A stretch of DNA of 64,000 nt from Candidatus Poseidoniales archaeon (GCA_038146705.1 JAYQSB010000003.1:2968-66967), one strand, 5' to 3'. Shown: positions 49,171-59,366, counted from the first letter of the stretch. Numbers and translations are program-made. Notes: generated by a model from the sequence alone, not told the origin.

Positions 49171-49240
49171 GCCACCCGGCAACCCGCTCTGCATGACGGT
49201 ACATCCTCACACGTGGAGCACCAGGGTTTGCCGTGGTGGC
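49171..49240. other. GC-rich extended imperfect hairpin in the convergent intergenic region after pstS (candidate structured RNA, terminator or protein-binding site)
   Basis: GCCACCCGGCAACCC (49171-49185) pairs with GGGTTTGCCGTGGTGGC (49224-49240). That gives 15 bp with two 1-nt bulges. An inner GCTC/GAGC pairing adds 4 bp. By hand count, 49141-49260 is 72/120 G+C. Confidence 0.4.
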
Positions 49241-49266
49241 CCAATGGTCACGGCATAGAGAAATTC

Positions 49267-49887
49267 TTATTGATTCAAGTTGAGCGTTATCGCTTCCTGT
49301 TCAAAGTGTATCATTGAATGGAGAATTGTACCCGTCAACAGGCGATGTTTACGATTCATGTCATCGACTTTATTTCGTGTATCCAACTCAATTGTTTGAA
49401 CTTGTTGAGTGATACCAGCGATATCGGCGTAACCTTTCCAGACGATGATGCTGTAAAGTGTTTCAAAGGAACGATGTTCCTCCATGATCAAGTCAGTATA
49501 CTGTGTCAATGTTCGGATTGAGGATGTTGCGACAATGCCAACGAAGAGAGTGACGCTGATTGAGATGATGAGGGCATTCTGATTCCACCCAAAAAATGAG
49601 TTTAGCCCTCCTGTGCCCAAGACAAGCGCAACTGTGAGAAACCATCCCATTTGAATGACTTGCGTTCGAATAGAGGAGAGTTCAGAGTTGACTGAGATTG
49701 CTGTATTCATTTTCATTTGAATATATGTGATGATTCTATCGATATTTCTTCCCAGAAGAATCTGATTCAATCCCTCCTGTGTGTTTTCTGTTGTATCTTT
49801 AATCTCGTTAGGGAATTCAACATCAATCATGGGCGTCATTCCATGTCGGTGAAAGTTGTTTATCATCAATTCGTTAGCAGATGACAC
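49267..49887 (-). CDS. Hypothetical membrane protein (2-3 TM, central)
   Basis: Hydrophobic segments are MGWFLTVALVLGTGGL and ALIISISVTLFVGIVATS. No family was recognised. Confidence 0.45.
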   Translation of the reverse strand: MSSANELMINNFHRHGMTPMIDVEFPNEIKDTTENTQEGLNQILLGRNIDRIITYIQMKMNTAISVNSELSSIRTQVIQMGWFLTVALVLGTGGLNSFFGWNQNALIISISVTLFVGIVATSSIRTLTQYTDLIMEEHRSFETLYSIIVWKGYADIAGITQQVQTIELDTRNKVDDMNRKHRLLTGTILHSMIHFEQEAITLNLNQ

Positions 49888-49944
49888 TCGACACCCAATT
49901 CAAATGTCCCGGCAATCATTGATTGCCATATGAAAGCATATTAT

Positions 49945-51546
49945 TTACGATTCTAATGAATGGGGAGCCGCGGCGTTCACTTCAGCAGAAACACCATCTG
50001 CGTACCTCTTGAAATTCGTGTTAAACATCACAGCAAGTTTGTCTGCTGTTTGGTCGTATTCTTCTCCATTTGTCCACGTGTTTCGTGGAACGAGAACTTC
50101 GGATGGTACGTTCGGGCATGAGGTTGGTATTTCAAATCCAAATCGTTCGTCCTTCACGAATTCAACATCATCAAGAGACCCATCTAGGGCGGCATTGAGC
50201 ATTGCACGGGTGTATTTGATTTTCATTCGATTACCCACGCCGTACGGTCCACCGGACCAACCTGTGTTGATGAGCCAAGCCGTCGAATCATGATGAGCCA
50301 TTTTGTCTGAGAGTAAGTCGGCGTAAACTCCCGGATGCATCGGCATGAATGGCTCTCCAAAGCAGGCGGAAAAGGTAGCCTGAGGTTCTTTGACCCCGAT
50401 TTCTGTTCCTGCTACTTTTGCAGTATATCCCGAAATAAAGTGATATGCGGCTTGTTCGGGAGTGAGGCGAGAGATCGGTGGTAGAACACCAAATGCATCA
50501 CAGGTGAGGAAAATGACATTCTGTGGATGACCTCCTTTCGAATCTTCTGTTCTATTATCGATAAATTCTATCGGATATGAGCCACGAGTGTTTTGGGTTT
50601 TGCTCGTGTCGTGAAAATCAGGAACACCTTGTTCATCGAGAACCACATTTTCGAGGATAGAACCATATTTTCGCGTGGTGGCGAAGATTGCTGGCTCATC
50701 TTCCTCAGATAAATCGATGAGTTTAGCATAACATCCACCTTCAAAATTGAAAACACCATTTGCTCCCCATCCGTGTTCATCATCACCGATGAGAGCGCGG
50801 AGTGGGTCAGCGGACAGCGTCGTTTTTCCTGTCCCGGATAATCCAAAGAAAATAGCGGTGTTCTCACCTGTCGTGTTGGCCGAACAGTGCATTGGGAGGA
50901 TGCCCTTCTTTGCGAGCAGGAGGTTCATCACTGAGAAAATGGATTTCTTGATTTCACCAGCGTATCGTGTTCCACCGATGATCACTTCACCAGAGGCGTA
51001 ATTGACGATGACAAAACATTCCGAGTTGACCCCGTCAGTTTCTGGGTTTGCTGTAAAGTGAGGTGCATGATACACGATAAATTCAGGTGCGTGGTGGGCA
51101 AGTTGTTCCTCAGTGGGCCGAATAAACATATTTCTTGCAAATGCGTTATGCCATGCATTTTCATTGATGACTCGGATTGGTAAGGCTTCGGAAATTTCTG
51201 CCCCACAGAATAAATCTTGAACGAATAATTGTTCCCTTGATGAGAGATGTGCAATGACTTTTGCCTTGAGTTGTTCAAAGACCTCAAGCGTTGTTGGAAC
51301 ATTGACATCTCCCCAATGAATGTCATTTTCAAATTCAGGCTCTTTCACAATGAATTTATCATTTGGCGACCGTCCAGTTCTATCTCCTGTTTCTGTGACG
51401 AGTGCACCATGAGCACTGAGAATGCCTTCATTTCGTTCGACTGAAATTTTCACAAGAGTTGGTGTTTCAAGGTTCCAGTGTATCGTTCCTGATGAAACAA
51501 TTCCATGTGCCTCGAGGGTAGCCCCCTTACGAGAAACGCTTTCCAT
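49945..51546 (-). CDS. pckA: Phosphoenolpyruvate carboxykinase (ATP)
   Basis: The kinase-1a motif GLSGTGKTTLS is present, along with RSPNDKF and IGDDEHGW. The start was re-picked at MESVSRKG. Confidence 0.92.
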   Translation of the reverse strand: MESVSRKGATLEAHGIVSSGTIHWNLETPTLVKISVERNEGILSAHGALVTETGDRTGRSPNDKFIVKEPEFENDIHWGDVNVPTTLEVFEQLKAKVIAHLSSREQLFVQDLFCGAEISEALPIRVINENAWHNAFARNMFIRPTEEQLAHHAPEFIVYHAPHFTANPETDGVNSECFVIVNYASGEVIIGGTRYAGEIKKSIFSVMNLLLAKKGILPMHCSANTTGENTAIFFGLSGTGKTTLSADPLRALIGDDEHGWGANGVFNFEGGCYAKLIDLSEEDEPAIFATTRKYGSILENVVLDEQGVPDFHDTSKTQNTRGSYPIEFIDNRTEDSKGGHPQNVIFLTCDAFGVLPPISRLTPEQAAYHFISGYTAKVAGTEIGVKEPQATFSACFGEPFMPMHPGVYADLLSDKMAHHDSTAWLINTGWSGGPYGVGNRMKIKYTRAMLNAALDGSLDDVEFVKDERFGFEIPTSCPNVPSEVLVPRNTWTNGEEYDQTADKLAVMFNTNFKRYADGVSAEVNAAAPHSLES

Positions 51547-51681
51547 AGTAGAGCGACGAGCAGGATGTCTTTTTCTCTTTTGGTTTCTCACCTCACCCTA
51601 ATCTGTCATTTTCGGCGTGAATGTCATGTTTTCTGGCAAGAATAAGGACAGTTTCAAAACTTGTATCATTAACCAACATCT

Positions 51682-54600
51682 ATGGAGGATTCCCATCCAT
51701 CTTCAAAATCGGAAGATGGTATTGACGAGGACATTCTCCGGCAAAAAGAATTTTCAAAACCAAAACATCTCGATGTGAGTAAATTTATGGTTATTCAAGA
51801 TGATGATGTCGATGAAAAACCATCCCATCAAGTTGAACATTCTGAAGGAAAGGATGAAGCCATCGGCGAGGCATCAGAATTATTTGTTGATTCATCGAAA
51901 TCTCAAGGCAGCACCACGATGAACGTTGAAGCAGAAGAAACGTTGAGCAAGGGTCTAATTATCGTGATGATAGGTATTTGGACCGCTCTTGGAGCAATGG
52001 TTGGGACCCAACTATCTCCTATACCGAGTGCAATCTCACTTTCTTCGATGGCCATCTTTGGATTTTGGTTATCAAATCGATGGATACCTCAAAAATCAAT
52101 GCGTTATCTCGGCGTTGCTTGGGCTATTATATCGATGAAATTGTTGTACGGCTTAAGTATTGATGCTTGGAGTTGGGGATGGTTTGCCTCAAGTCCGTTA
52201 GGTGAAGGTCAAACACTAGGCATCGCCCTCCTCACCTGTGTCGGATTGAATATCGTTCTCGCATTTTATCATGATGAGGATGCGATTGCGACCCAGGCAA
52301 CGCTTGTGTTTTTTGCAATTGGAAGCGCAGCTGGGGGATTGTTTGGAGGAACTGGCGTAGCAATTGTCTTGTTTATCGCTATGGTGTGCATGCACTCGTT
52401 GGCATTTGTTCGCTCCTCGGGCAATTTGGCGAGTCTAGGAATTGCAGTATCTTTTCTCTGGATTGGATTGCATGCACTATCAAAGGACTGGACTTTTTTA
52501 ACGCTTGATATTGTTCAGATATCAAACCGTTCAACTCTTTTCCTTTTGATGTGTGGTGCGACTGGTGTCAATGCATTTGTGGCAACGAGATTTGTAAAAG
52601 AACAAAATTGGCTGAGTAATTTTGTCGAAGCCATAGGGCTTGGAAAACCAAGTTTGTGGGCAGTTTCGGTCGGATTGGGCATGTGTGGGGCGCTCATGAC
52701 AATAGCAGCTCATCGAACCGAAACAGGTTTTGCTTTAGCACAGTTATTTCTTCTTGCGTTTGCATTCAGCACATCTTATCTTGTCGTACGCGGAGTTGCA
52801 TGGACGCGAGTTGCACCGATATCGATGATCGCATTACCAATACTCGCATTCATATTTGTTTTAATGGATCTTGATATTCTTAGGTTTGAACTGCCACTCG
52901 AATTACAACCATACGGTATGTTTGCAATATTCGCAGCTTTTCTTACCGTCATTATGTTGCTTCAAAATCAGCGAAAAGTTTCTGACCATGTACTGTGGAT
53001 CGGGGCGATAGCGTGTTCGATTTTGCTCACACTGTTGATTCCTTCCGAGACAACTTCGGATGCACAAATACTGATTATTTCTCAGGCTGCTTTATTTCTT
53101 TCACTAGCAAGTTTAGGGTTTCTTCGCCGGTCGGCATCCATCGCTGGAGCATCGATTCTCGCCCCTCAAATTTGGCTCATTGGTTATGCAACCGACTTTA
53201 AATCAAGATTGTTAGGTCAAGATGTTGTATTGAGTACAATTGCCTCAGAAGAACTTTCCATTTGGCTTGGGCTTCTTCTTTTCCAATCGGTGATTCTTTG
53301 TGTTCCAATGGGGCGAAGTCAACTTAACATCTTCAATCAACTCGACAATCTTTCAGAATTCGGAGCAAGGCTTTCGCAATCTGGCATCCTTCAATTGTGG
53401 AATATTTCATGTATTGGCTTTCTCCTGGTCATATGGGCTTTTACTTCTGAGGATGGTATTCCATACATTTTTGCATCGTTTTTGTTATGGTTTTCTCTTT
53501 GTTCGTTTCATCTAAGCCTATCATTGCATCAAAAACAAACCACAAACCCAACCAATCTCATGATTGTAGCAGGTTTCCTTAGTGCCGTACTTTCTTGGAA
53601 TTTTGGAAGTGGTGAATTTTGGTTCTTTGGATGGACATTGCTTCATGTCTACGCATATATCCGATACAAATCGTTCGACGAGATATTCAAAGAAACCGAG
53701 GAGCGAGGTTTTGCAAAAATGATGAATGCTTATCTTGGAATTTCAGCAATGTTACTCTTCACAATGATTCTTGACAATCAGACTCGAATCGAACTTGTCC
53801 CCGGATTAAAGCAAAGCCTTCAATTCAATCTAAGTTTCATGAATGCAATTTCAATGGGGTTAACGACTGCTTTGTTCTGGCTCACTATTCCAAAGATGCG
53901 AAACATGCTTCTTTCATCCTGCCTCATTATTGCATTGTTTATCGCTTATCTTCAATATTCACTCGAGACTACGTTTGTTTATGATGAAGCGATTGCTCTG
54001 CTTCTCTTTATTGCAACCGGGGCATACGCAACAATCTCTGGAGAAACCCGCAGAGGTCTTTCAATCATTGGAAAACGAGAAGAGCGCATTCAAAGACTGA
54101 TGGATAAACAGCAATTGATGCTTGATATTGTCAAAGATGAAGATGCCACATCAGTTAACATTCTCCATCGAATTGATGCTGAGCAGGTACGGCTGTTCGA
54201 AGAAAGAAAAAGAAGAAAGAAACGCTCAGGAGAAGGGCAAAATGATGAGATTTTTACCGCTGATATCCATTATCAACCAATCGTTGTCCTTTCATTTCTT
54301 GTGATCTTTAATCTCGGGACGGCATGGATTTCATATTCAACAGCCTATGCTATTGAAGCACTCCTTTTCGCTACATGTATCAATATGATTCTGTTTGGTC
54401 TGGCTCGATATCAAGCAAGCCGCTTTCAACTTCGAATGCCAGACATCATTGGCATTGAATCCACGGCATTCGTTGCAATGGGTGCCCTTGTGATCACACA
54501 TCTCGCAGGTAGAATGACGACCGGGGTGCTCGTTTCTGATGATTTCATACATTTGAGTGTCCTGTTTATCGGTTTAGCAACGCTTAGTGCAATGACGTTG

Positions 54601-55485
54601 TATCAACGACGTGACCTCGGGATGCGAATTCCAAATGTGGTTGAAGGAGTTGTATTTTTCTTCTTTCTCGACCGAGTTATTGCACTCATCTTTGGCGGGG
54701 AGGTTCCCCTATTTACACAAGTTAACCCCCTAACGAGTGAATTGCTCAATGCTACTGTTCCGTTGATGGTTGTTGAATTTGGACTTGTAGCTCTTGTCGG
54801 TGTTTCTGTGTGGATAGATCACGAGCGTGAACGCCGAAAACTTGCCGCTCATCGCTCTGCTTTGGAAAGGAGCGGAATGCTCCTGATGCTCGCCCTTCTT
54901 TCATGGGGCCTAGCAGCCTTTGCTTTCACCGCACACATGGTGCGACGAAGCTTGGTAAAGCAAGATGAAAAGTTGTTGCTCGGCTGTAGTATCGCCTTAT
55001 GTATCGCTTATGCATCCACAAGATATTGGCTTGTTGAATTTCTTCCTTTGTTACCGAGCGGAGGGGTTGCGATGTTCTCCCTTGGCATCTTCCTTCTCTT
55101 CGGCGTTGGTTATATCATCGTTTCAGGAAACTCTTCCTGGTTAACTTCAACATTATCCTCAGCACACATCTTGTTGTATGTCGCACCAATTCTCATGTTG
55201 AGTGGTTCTTTGTTTATTCTTGGAATTTTATCCCTTTCTGCTGTGACTTGGTTGAGTGGAATCATTGAGAACAGAAAAACGGTTAGAATCATGGGGGCGT
55301 TGAATTTACTCGTCGCATGGATTGGGTTAGCCATTGAGGCTATTTACGGTGGCTCAACTGATTTGGTCTTTTTAGGTCTGGTTGCTTCTGCCCTCGTTCT
55401 CTTCACTGTAACTGCCCTTTCTCAATCCCGCATGAAGACGATGATGGCTGAAAATTATTCAAGCAAATCCATCAATCAAAATTGA
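51682..55485 (+). CDS. Very large polytopic membrane protein (1267 aa, about 30 predicted TM) of unknown function
   Basis: An acidic soluble N-terminus of about 90 aa is followed by two blocks of hydrophobic helices. A charged helical segment (KREERIQRLMDKQQLM...EERKRRKKRSGEG) separates the blocks. Confidence 0.6.
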   Translation: MEDSHPSSKSEDGIDEDILRQKEFSKPKHLDVSKFMVIQDDDVDEKPSHQVEHSEGKDEAIGEASELFVDSSKSQGSTTMNVEAEETLSKGLIIVMIGIWTALGAMVGTQLSPIPSAISLSSMAIFGFWLSNRWIPQKSMRYLGVAWAIISMKLLYGLSIDAWSWGWFASSPLGEGQTLGIALLTCVGLNIVLAFYHDEDAIATQATLVFFAIGSAAGGLFGGTGVAIVLFIAMVCMHSLAFVRSSGNLASLGIAVSFLWIGLHALSKDWTFLTLDIVQISNRSTLFLLMCGATGVNAFVATRFVKEQNWLSNFVEAIGLGKPSLWAVSVGLGMCGALMTIAAHRTETGFALAQLFLLAFAFSTSYLVVRGVAWTRVAPISMIALPILAFIFVLMDLDILRFELPLELQPYGMFAIFAAFLTVIMLLQNQRKVSDHVLWIGAIACSILLTLLIPSETTSDAQILIISQAALFLSLASLGFLRRSASIAGASILAPQIWLIGYATDFKSRLLGQDVVLSTIASEELSIWLGLLLFQSVILCVPMGRSQLNIFNQLDNLSEFGARLSQSGILQLWNISCIGFLLVIWAFTSEDGIPYIFASFLLWFSLCSFHLSLSLHQKQTTNPTNLMIVAGFLSAVLSWNFGSGEFWFFGWTLLHVYAYIRYKSFDEIFKETEERGFAKMMNAYLGISAMLLFTMILDNQTRIELVPGLKQSLQFNLSFMNAISMGLTTALFWLTIPKMRNMLLSSCLIIALFIAYLQYSLETTFVYDEAIALLLFIATGAYATISGETRRGLSIIGKREERIQRLMDKQQLMLDIVKDEDATSVNILHRIDAEQVRLFEERKRRKKRSGEGQNDEIFTADIHYQPIVVLSFLVIFNLGTAWISYSTAYAIEALLFATCINMILFGLARYQASRFQLRMPDIIGIESTAFVAMGALVITHLAGRMTTGVLVSDDFIHLSVLFIGLATLSAMTLYQRRDLGMRIPNVVEGVVFFFFLDRVIALIFGGEVPLFTQVNPLTSELLNATVPLMVVEFGLVALVGVSVWIDHERERRKLAAHRSALERSGMLLMLALLSWGLAAFAFTAHMVRRSLVKQDEKLLLGCSIALCIAYASTRYWLVEFLPLLPSGGVAMFSLGIFLLFGVGYIIVSGNSSWLTSTLSSAHILLYVAPILMLSGSLFILGILSLSAVTWLSGIIENRKTVRIMGALNLLVAWIGLAIEAIYGGSTDLVFLGLVASALVLFTVTALSQSRMKTMMAENYSSKSINQN

Positions 55486-57051
55486 TTGGATTTCTTCCAC
55501 CAAGGGTTTGAGTTTGTCCATATCAAGACCTTGACTCAACCGAATTGAAAGATTGGTTTTCTCCTGAGTCCCACTATTTCGAATACCGATCGTCCCATGA
55601 CCATCTTGGTTTGAAAACTCGATAAAAAGAAGTGACGCCTCACCTTCAATAGTTCTTTGAACAGTCGTAAACCCTTGATGAGTAAGCATATTTTTGCACG
55701 TATGTACGCATGCATCAAAAAGTTCTGATGTTGGATTCCATCGTGAGCGGTGTGGATTCGAAATTGAAACCCGTTGTTTTTGTCCTTGAGGGAATGAGGG
55801 GAGTTGTGTTCCAAATTTTAGACATCGCAGCATCGTTGCGATTCCATCACCGACAAGCGAGCGACGTTGATTTAATGTTGAAGAAGCCATGACAAGATGC
55901 CCTGAATCTTCAACACCCAAGACCTCAAATTCTGAAGAACAGTCATCTCTTCTTGGGTTAAGCATATGCCCTAGCCACCGGTCACCTACTGCTGTTTCCA
56001 CCGTCCTGTTATGAGGGTTTACATTTGAGATAAAATGAACAAATTCTAGGTCTGATTCAATACTCGTTGCAACGAGCCAATTCATGTGTGATTGATGTTG
56101 AAGAATCATTGAAACCATCATATCGCCATCGAGAACACGAAAACCATTGTCGGTAGTCTCAATCAAAAAACATCGGTCGCCATCCCCATCGATTGCAACG
56201 CCAACAATGGTTCTGGGCTTTGTGTATTCGAGCGATTGAATCAATGCATGATGACTCATCTTTGCATCTTCTATCGACCAAAAATCGCCCGGAGATAATT
56301 CTCCAGCACCACATTGTTCGTTGAGAGCGTTAGCTGACGAGCTAACCTCTTCAGACGGGTAGCCGAGATGTTCAAGGAAATCACTTAACCACACGTGTGC
56401 TGAACCTCTCGAGGAATCAACTTTCAATGGTTTGTGAATGTGAAGATCAGACTTTTGTGAGGAATATGATGTCCAGTGCTGGATGCGATGAAGCAACCAT
56501 TGTTGATGAAATTCAGCACTTTCACTTTGTGATATACAACGCTTAGGTTTTGATAATTCTTGGACATCTTCATCCTCGACTGGGCGTTCTTCAGCGGATA
56601 GTTGAATCATGACATTTGAAAGGTATGTTTCACGTTCCGGGAGAGTCTTCATACCGTGAGCGTCAAACAGTTTGACCCCGGTATCTGAAACTGGATTATG
56701 ACTTGCAGTGATCATACAACCAAGCCGCGCGTTGTTTTCCAAAACGAGCCCGTGGAGTACGGGCGTTGAAGTGATGGGGGCATGAATAATTTCACACCCA
56801 TAGAGATGAAGACCAATGGTTAACTGTTGTGCAAATTGTTCATTGGCAGGTCGTTCGTCCCAGCCAATGATAATCGTGTTCTTTTCTCCAGGAAATAGAT
56901 CAATATTCAGTCCTATCGCTTCACCAAGCAATCGAAAGACATGGGGGTGGAGTTGGCGTTTTTCAAAAAATGACGTAATTGCGTCATTTTCATTCATATC
57001 TTCAAGCGTTGTTTGGCCACGAATTCCATCGGTTCCGAAGAAGGACGTCAT
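55459..57051 (-). CDS. Phosphoglucomutase / phosphomannomutase / phosphoglucosamine mutase family
   Basis: ITASHNP carries the phosphoserine and GVAIDGDGDRC is the Mg site. Confidence 0.85.
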   Translation of the reverse strand: MTSFFGTDGIRGQTTLEDMNENDAITSFFEKRQLHPHVFRLLGEAIGLNIDLFPGEKNTIIIGWDERPANEQFAQQLTIGLHLYGCEIIHAPITSTPVLHGLVLENNARLGCMITASHNPVSDTGVKLFDAHGMKTLPERETYLSNVMIQLSAEERPVEDEDVQELSKPKRCISQSESAEFHQQWLLHRIQHWTSYSSQKSDLHIHKPLKVDSSRGSAHVWLSDFLEHLGYPSEEVSSSANALNEQCGAGELSPGDFWSIEDAKMSHHALIQSLEYTKPRTIVGVAIDGDGDRCFLIETTDNGFRVLDGDMMVSMILQHQSHMNWLVATSIESDLEFVHFISNVNPHNRTVETAVGDRWLGHMLNPRRDDCSSEFEVLGVEDSGHLVMASSTLNQRRSLVGDGIATMLRCLKFGTQLPSFPQGQKQRVSISNPHRSRWNPTSELFDACVHTCKNMLTHQGFTTVQRTIEGEASLLFIEFSNQDGHGTIGIRNSGTQEKTNLSIRLSQGLDMDKLKPLVEEIQSILIDGFA

Positions 57052-57059
57052 GACATCAC

Positions 57060-57743
57060 CTAGAGTGAAGAATCTTCAGGATGAATCCCAGTCACCGTTG
57101 TGTTGGGTAAAACAACAGAATTTTTGCCGAGGACAACTCCGGGATTTGTGACCACATTACACCCAAGAGCACAACCTTCGCCAAGGACGGCACCAAATTT
57201 CCGCATGCCTGAACCTATTGTTTGATTTGACATCCTGAGGATGACTTCTTTTCCATCGTTCCTTAGGTTGCTTAATTTTGCACCAGCACCCAAATTCACA
57301 CCGCGACCGAGGATAGAATCACCAACATAATTGAAATGAGGTGCTTGAGCACCTGGTAGGAGAAGTGAATGCTTGACCTCTGTACAGTGCCCAACAATTG
57401 CTCCATCACAAATCCAAGAATATTGCCGGATGTATGCACCATGACGAATCGTTGCATTTGGCCCGACATAACATGGTCCAATAAAATGAACACCAGGCTC
57501 AACAGTAGCTGTATCATCGATGTAAATCATGCCATCTTTATCATCAAAAGTGCAATGCGATGGAATGTTTGATGATGTAAGGACAGCATCAAGTTGTTGC
57601 TTCAATCCATGACCATTCAAGAGATCCCACGCCGGTTTATCCTCTGGAAACGTTGGAACAGCACCTGTGGTAGATTCATGCTCAAGCGTAGGAAATAATG
57701 CTGAGGCAAAGACATAGGTTGGCCACTGCATAATTTGGGCCAA
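57060..57743 (-). CDS. Left-handed beta-helix (hexapeptide-repeat) transferase, GlmU C-terminal-like
   Basis: Hexapeptide periodicity runs through GPNATIRHGAYIRQYSWICDGAIVGHCTEVKHS...GRGVNLGAGAKLSN. There is no N-terminal nucleotidyltransferase domain. Confidence 0.7.
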   Translation of the reverse strand: MAQIMQWPTYVFASALFPTLEHESTTGAVPTFPEDKPAWDLLNGHGLKQQLDAVLTSSNIPSHCTFDDKDGMIYIDDTATVEPGVHFIGPCYVGPNATIRHGAYIRQYSWICDGAIVGHCTEVKHSLLLPGAQAPHFNYVGDSILGRGVNLGAGAKLSNLRNDGKEVILRMSNQTIGSGMRKFGAVLGEGCALGCNVVTNPGVVLGKNSVVLPNTTVTGIHPEDSSL

Positions 57744-57776
57744 ATGGTTCTATGGCATCAATGTGGTGATACCTGT

Positions 57777-58025
57777 CTACGCGGGATGGTAAATCCTCTT
57801 TCCGGTCGTTGTATCGAGTGTAAAAGCGATGATGCCTTTGAGATATCGTGGGATAAATAATCCGATCTTTCGTGGTGTAAGACCATGGTTTCTCATTTTC
57901 TTTTCATTCGAAAGGTGATGGACAATATCTGATGCTGAACATTGGTCCACAGTTTGCACATAATCGACAATCTCATTCTTTAGTCGTTCGAGTCGAGCTT
58001 CTTTTTGGGTCTTTTTCCGAACCAT
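57777..58025 (-). CDS. Small basic protein, possible winged-helix
   Basis: The start was re-picked at MVRKKTQKE. VDQCSASDIVHHLSNE has an HTH-like pattern, but this is weak. Confidence 0.4.
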   Translation of the reverse strand: MVRKKTQKEARLERLKNEIVDYVQTVDQCSASDIVHHLSNEKKMRNHGLTPRKIGLFIPRYLKGIIAFTLDTTTGKRIYHPA

Positions 58026-58089
58026 GATAATAATTGGACTTCGGAGGATATAGAGTTCATTCGGGCAAGCCGTGGGCTCCCACAAAAGC

Positions 58090-58908
58090 TCATTTCGTCG
58101 TCAACAACTCATTCCATTTGAATGAAGAACCGCGCCTGAATAATTTTTCATGAAAATCACGCTGATTGATGTGAAGACATCTTGCCAAGCGCCCTCGATT
58201 GTTGTAACACCCCAAACGCACATGAATTGGAATGAAAATATCTGACATAGAAATTGTAGGTCCGTTGGGTGGTGGCATTTTTGCTGCAACGGTTTCATGC
58301 TCGCCATCCCAATATAAATCCGAACTCGTTGGTAATGGTAGATTACAATCTGTTTCTAATCGAAGAGCACCTTCATCAAGTTTCATCGGTTTCCAAGCAT
58401 CACGTTGGCCTGCATTTAGCCATTCGAGAATCTGTTTCATTTGAGGTCTGGTGGCTAAACCAAGAAGTGTTGGCTCCCACCATCCTTCACTTCGAGCAAG
58501 TGTCACATGGTGAATTCCCGGCTTGACTTCTCGAGCATCCAAACTGTCAGCCCATGTTCTGCACAGATGCTCAAGGCGAACGAGGAGAAGCGGTAATGGA
58601 CTCATCATCATGTCTTGTAATCGATAAGGATTAGCACATTCACCAGTCAAGAGGATTGGAAATCGTTCGGACAATTGTGGTGCGTTGTTTTGTTGAAGCA
58701 ATTGGTCGAGTCCAATGTTTTCATGGTGGTAAGACTGGGCGATTTCCATGATGCCTTCACGGTTTAACTCCTCTGAAATGTCTTGGAATTTTGGATGTTC
58801 TAAGGTGATGAGTTGACGTTGAGTAAACAATACTGAGGAAGAAGGCAACTGCAACGGAGAATTTGATGAACTGTATGTCCAAAGTCTTGGATTTGTTTCC
58901 ATGAGCAT
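58090..58908 (-). CDS. Hypothetical protein
   Basis: It is a long ORF in an operon context. The start was re-picked at MLMETNP, 5 nt after the upstream stop. No motif was recognised. Confidence 0.45.
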   Translation of the reverse strand: MLMETNPRLWTYSSSNSPLQLPSSSVLFTQRQLITLEHPKFQDISEELNREGIMEIAQSYHHENIGLDQLLQQNNAPQLSERFPILLTGECANPYRLQDMMMSPLPLLLVRLEHLCRTWADSLDAREVKPGIHHVTLARSEGWWEPTLLGLATRPQMKQILEWLNAGQRDAWKPMKLDEGALRLETDCNLPLPTSSDLYWDGEHETVAAKMPPPNGPTISMSDIFIPIHVRLGCYNNRGRLARCLHINQRDFHEKLFRRGSSFKWNELLTTK

Positions 58909-58913
58909 CACAT

Positions 58914-59366
58914 TCAGTTTGTAAACGTCGCCTCGTGGAGGCACTGGGGGCAAGTCACTTTGATTGGTCGTTGACTTGGGATGCCAAGTGCAACACCGCA
59001 AGCAGGACAGACGATCGCTTGCTCAACCATCGACCGACGTTGTTTAGCCTCAACTGACGGGTCATAGTCAAAATGAAATTGGTCTTTGTTGACATATGTC
59101 GGTTCATCGATTTTGTGTGTTATGTCTGGTGATTGGCCAAATGCTGTTTTTTGCTGACGTTGTTCTTGGTTTGTGTGCATTAATGTTGCATCATACGTGT
59201 CTGCAGAGGGGTTGTCATGGATAGGTTGTGAAAATGAGGCCATGAGATTTCTCAGCGATTGTTCATCGATGCCATATTGGCGACATACTCTATCGATTTC
59301 GAGCATTTGGTCGTAGCCGTCAAGGCTCAGCAATCGATTGAGTTCATTCGATGGCACTTGAGTCAT
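58914..59366 (-). CDS. Hypothetical protein with C-terminal zinc ribbon
   Basis: CPACGVALGIPSQRPIKVTCPQC lies at the C-terminus. Confidence 0.45.
   Translation of the reverse strand: MTQVPSNELNRLLSLDGYDQMLEIDRVCRQYGIDEQSLRNLMASFSQPIHDNPSADTYDATLMHTNQEQRQQKTAFGQSPDITHKIDEPTYVNKDQFHFDYDPSVEAKQRRSMVEQAIVCPACGVALGIPSQRPIKVTCPQCLHEATFTN

Noticed and set aside
49171-49240. Whether the GC-rich 70-nt hairpin is a tRNA
   Set aside because: No D-arm or T-arm pairing and no GTTCRANYC-like T-loop could be drawn on either strand. It is kept as an unexplained structured element instead.
55459-55485. A 27-nt convergent overlap between the 1267-aa membrane-protein gene and the PGM/PMM gene
   Set aside because: Short 3'-3' overlaps are common in compact genomes, and no additional signal was seen.
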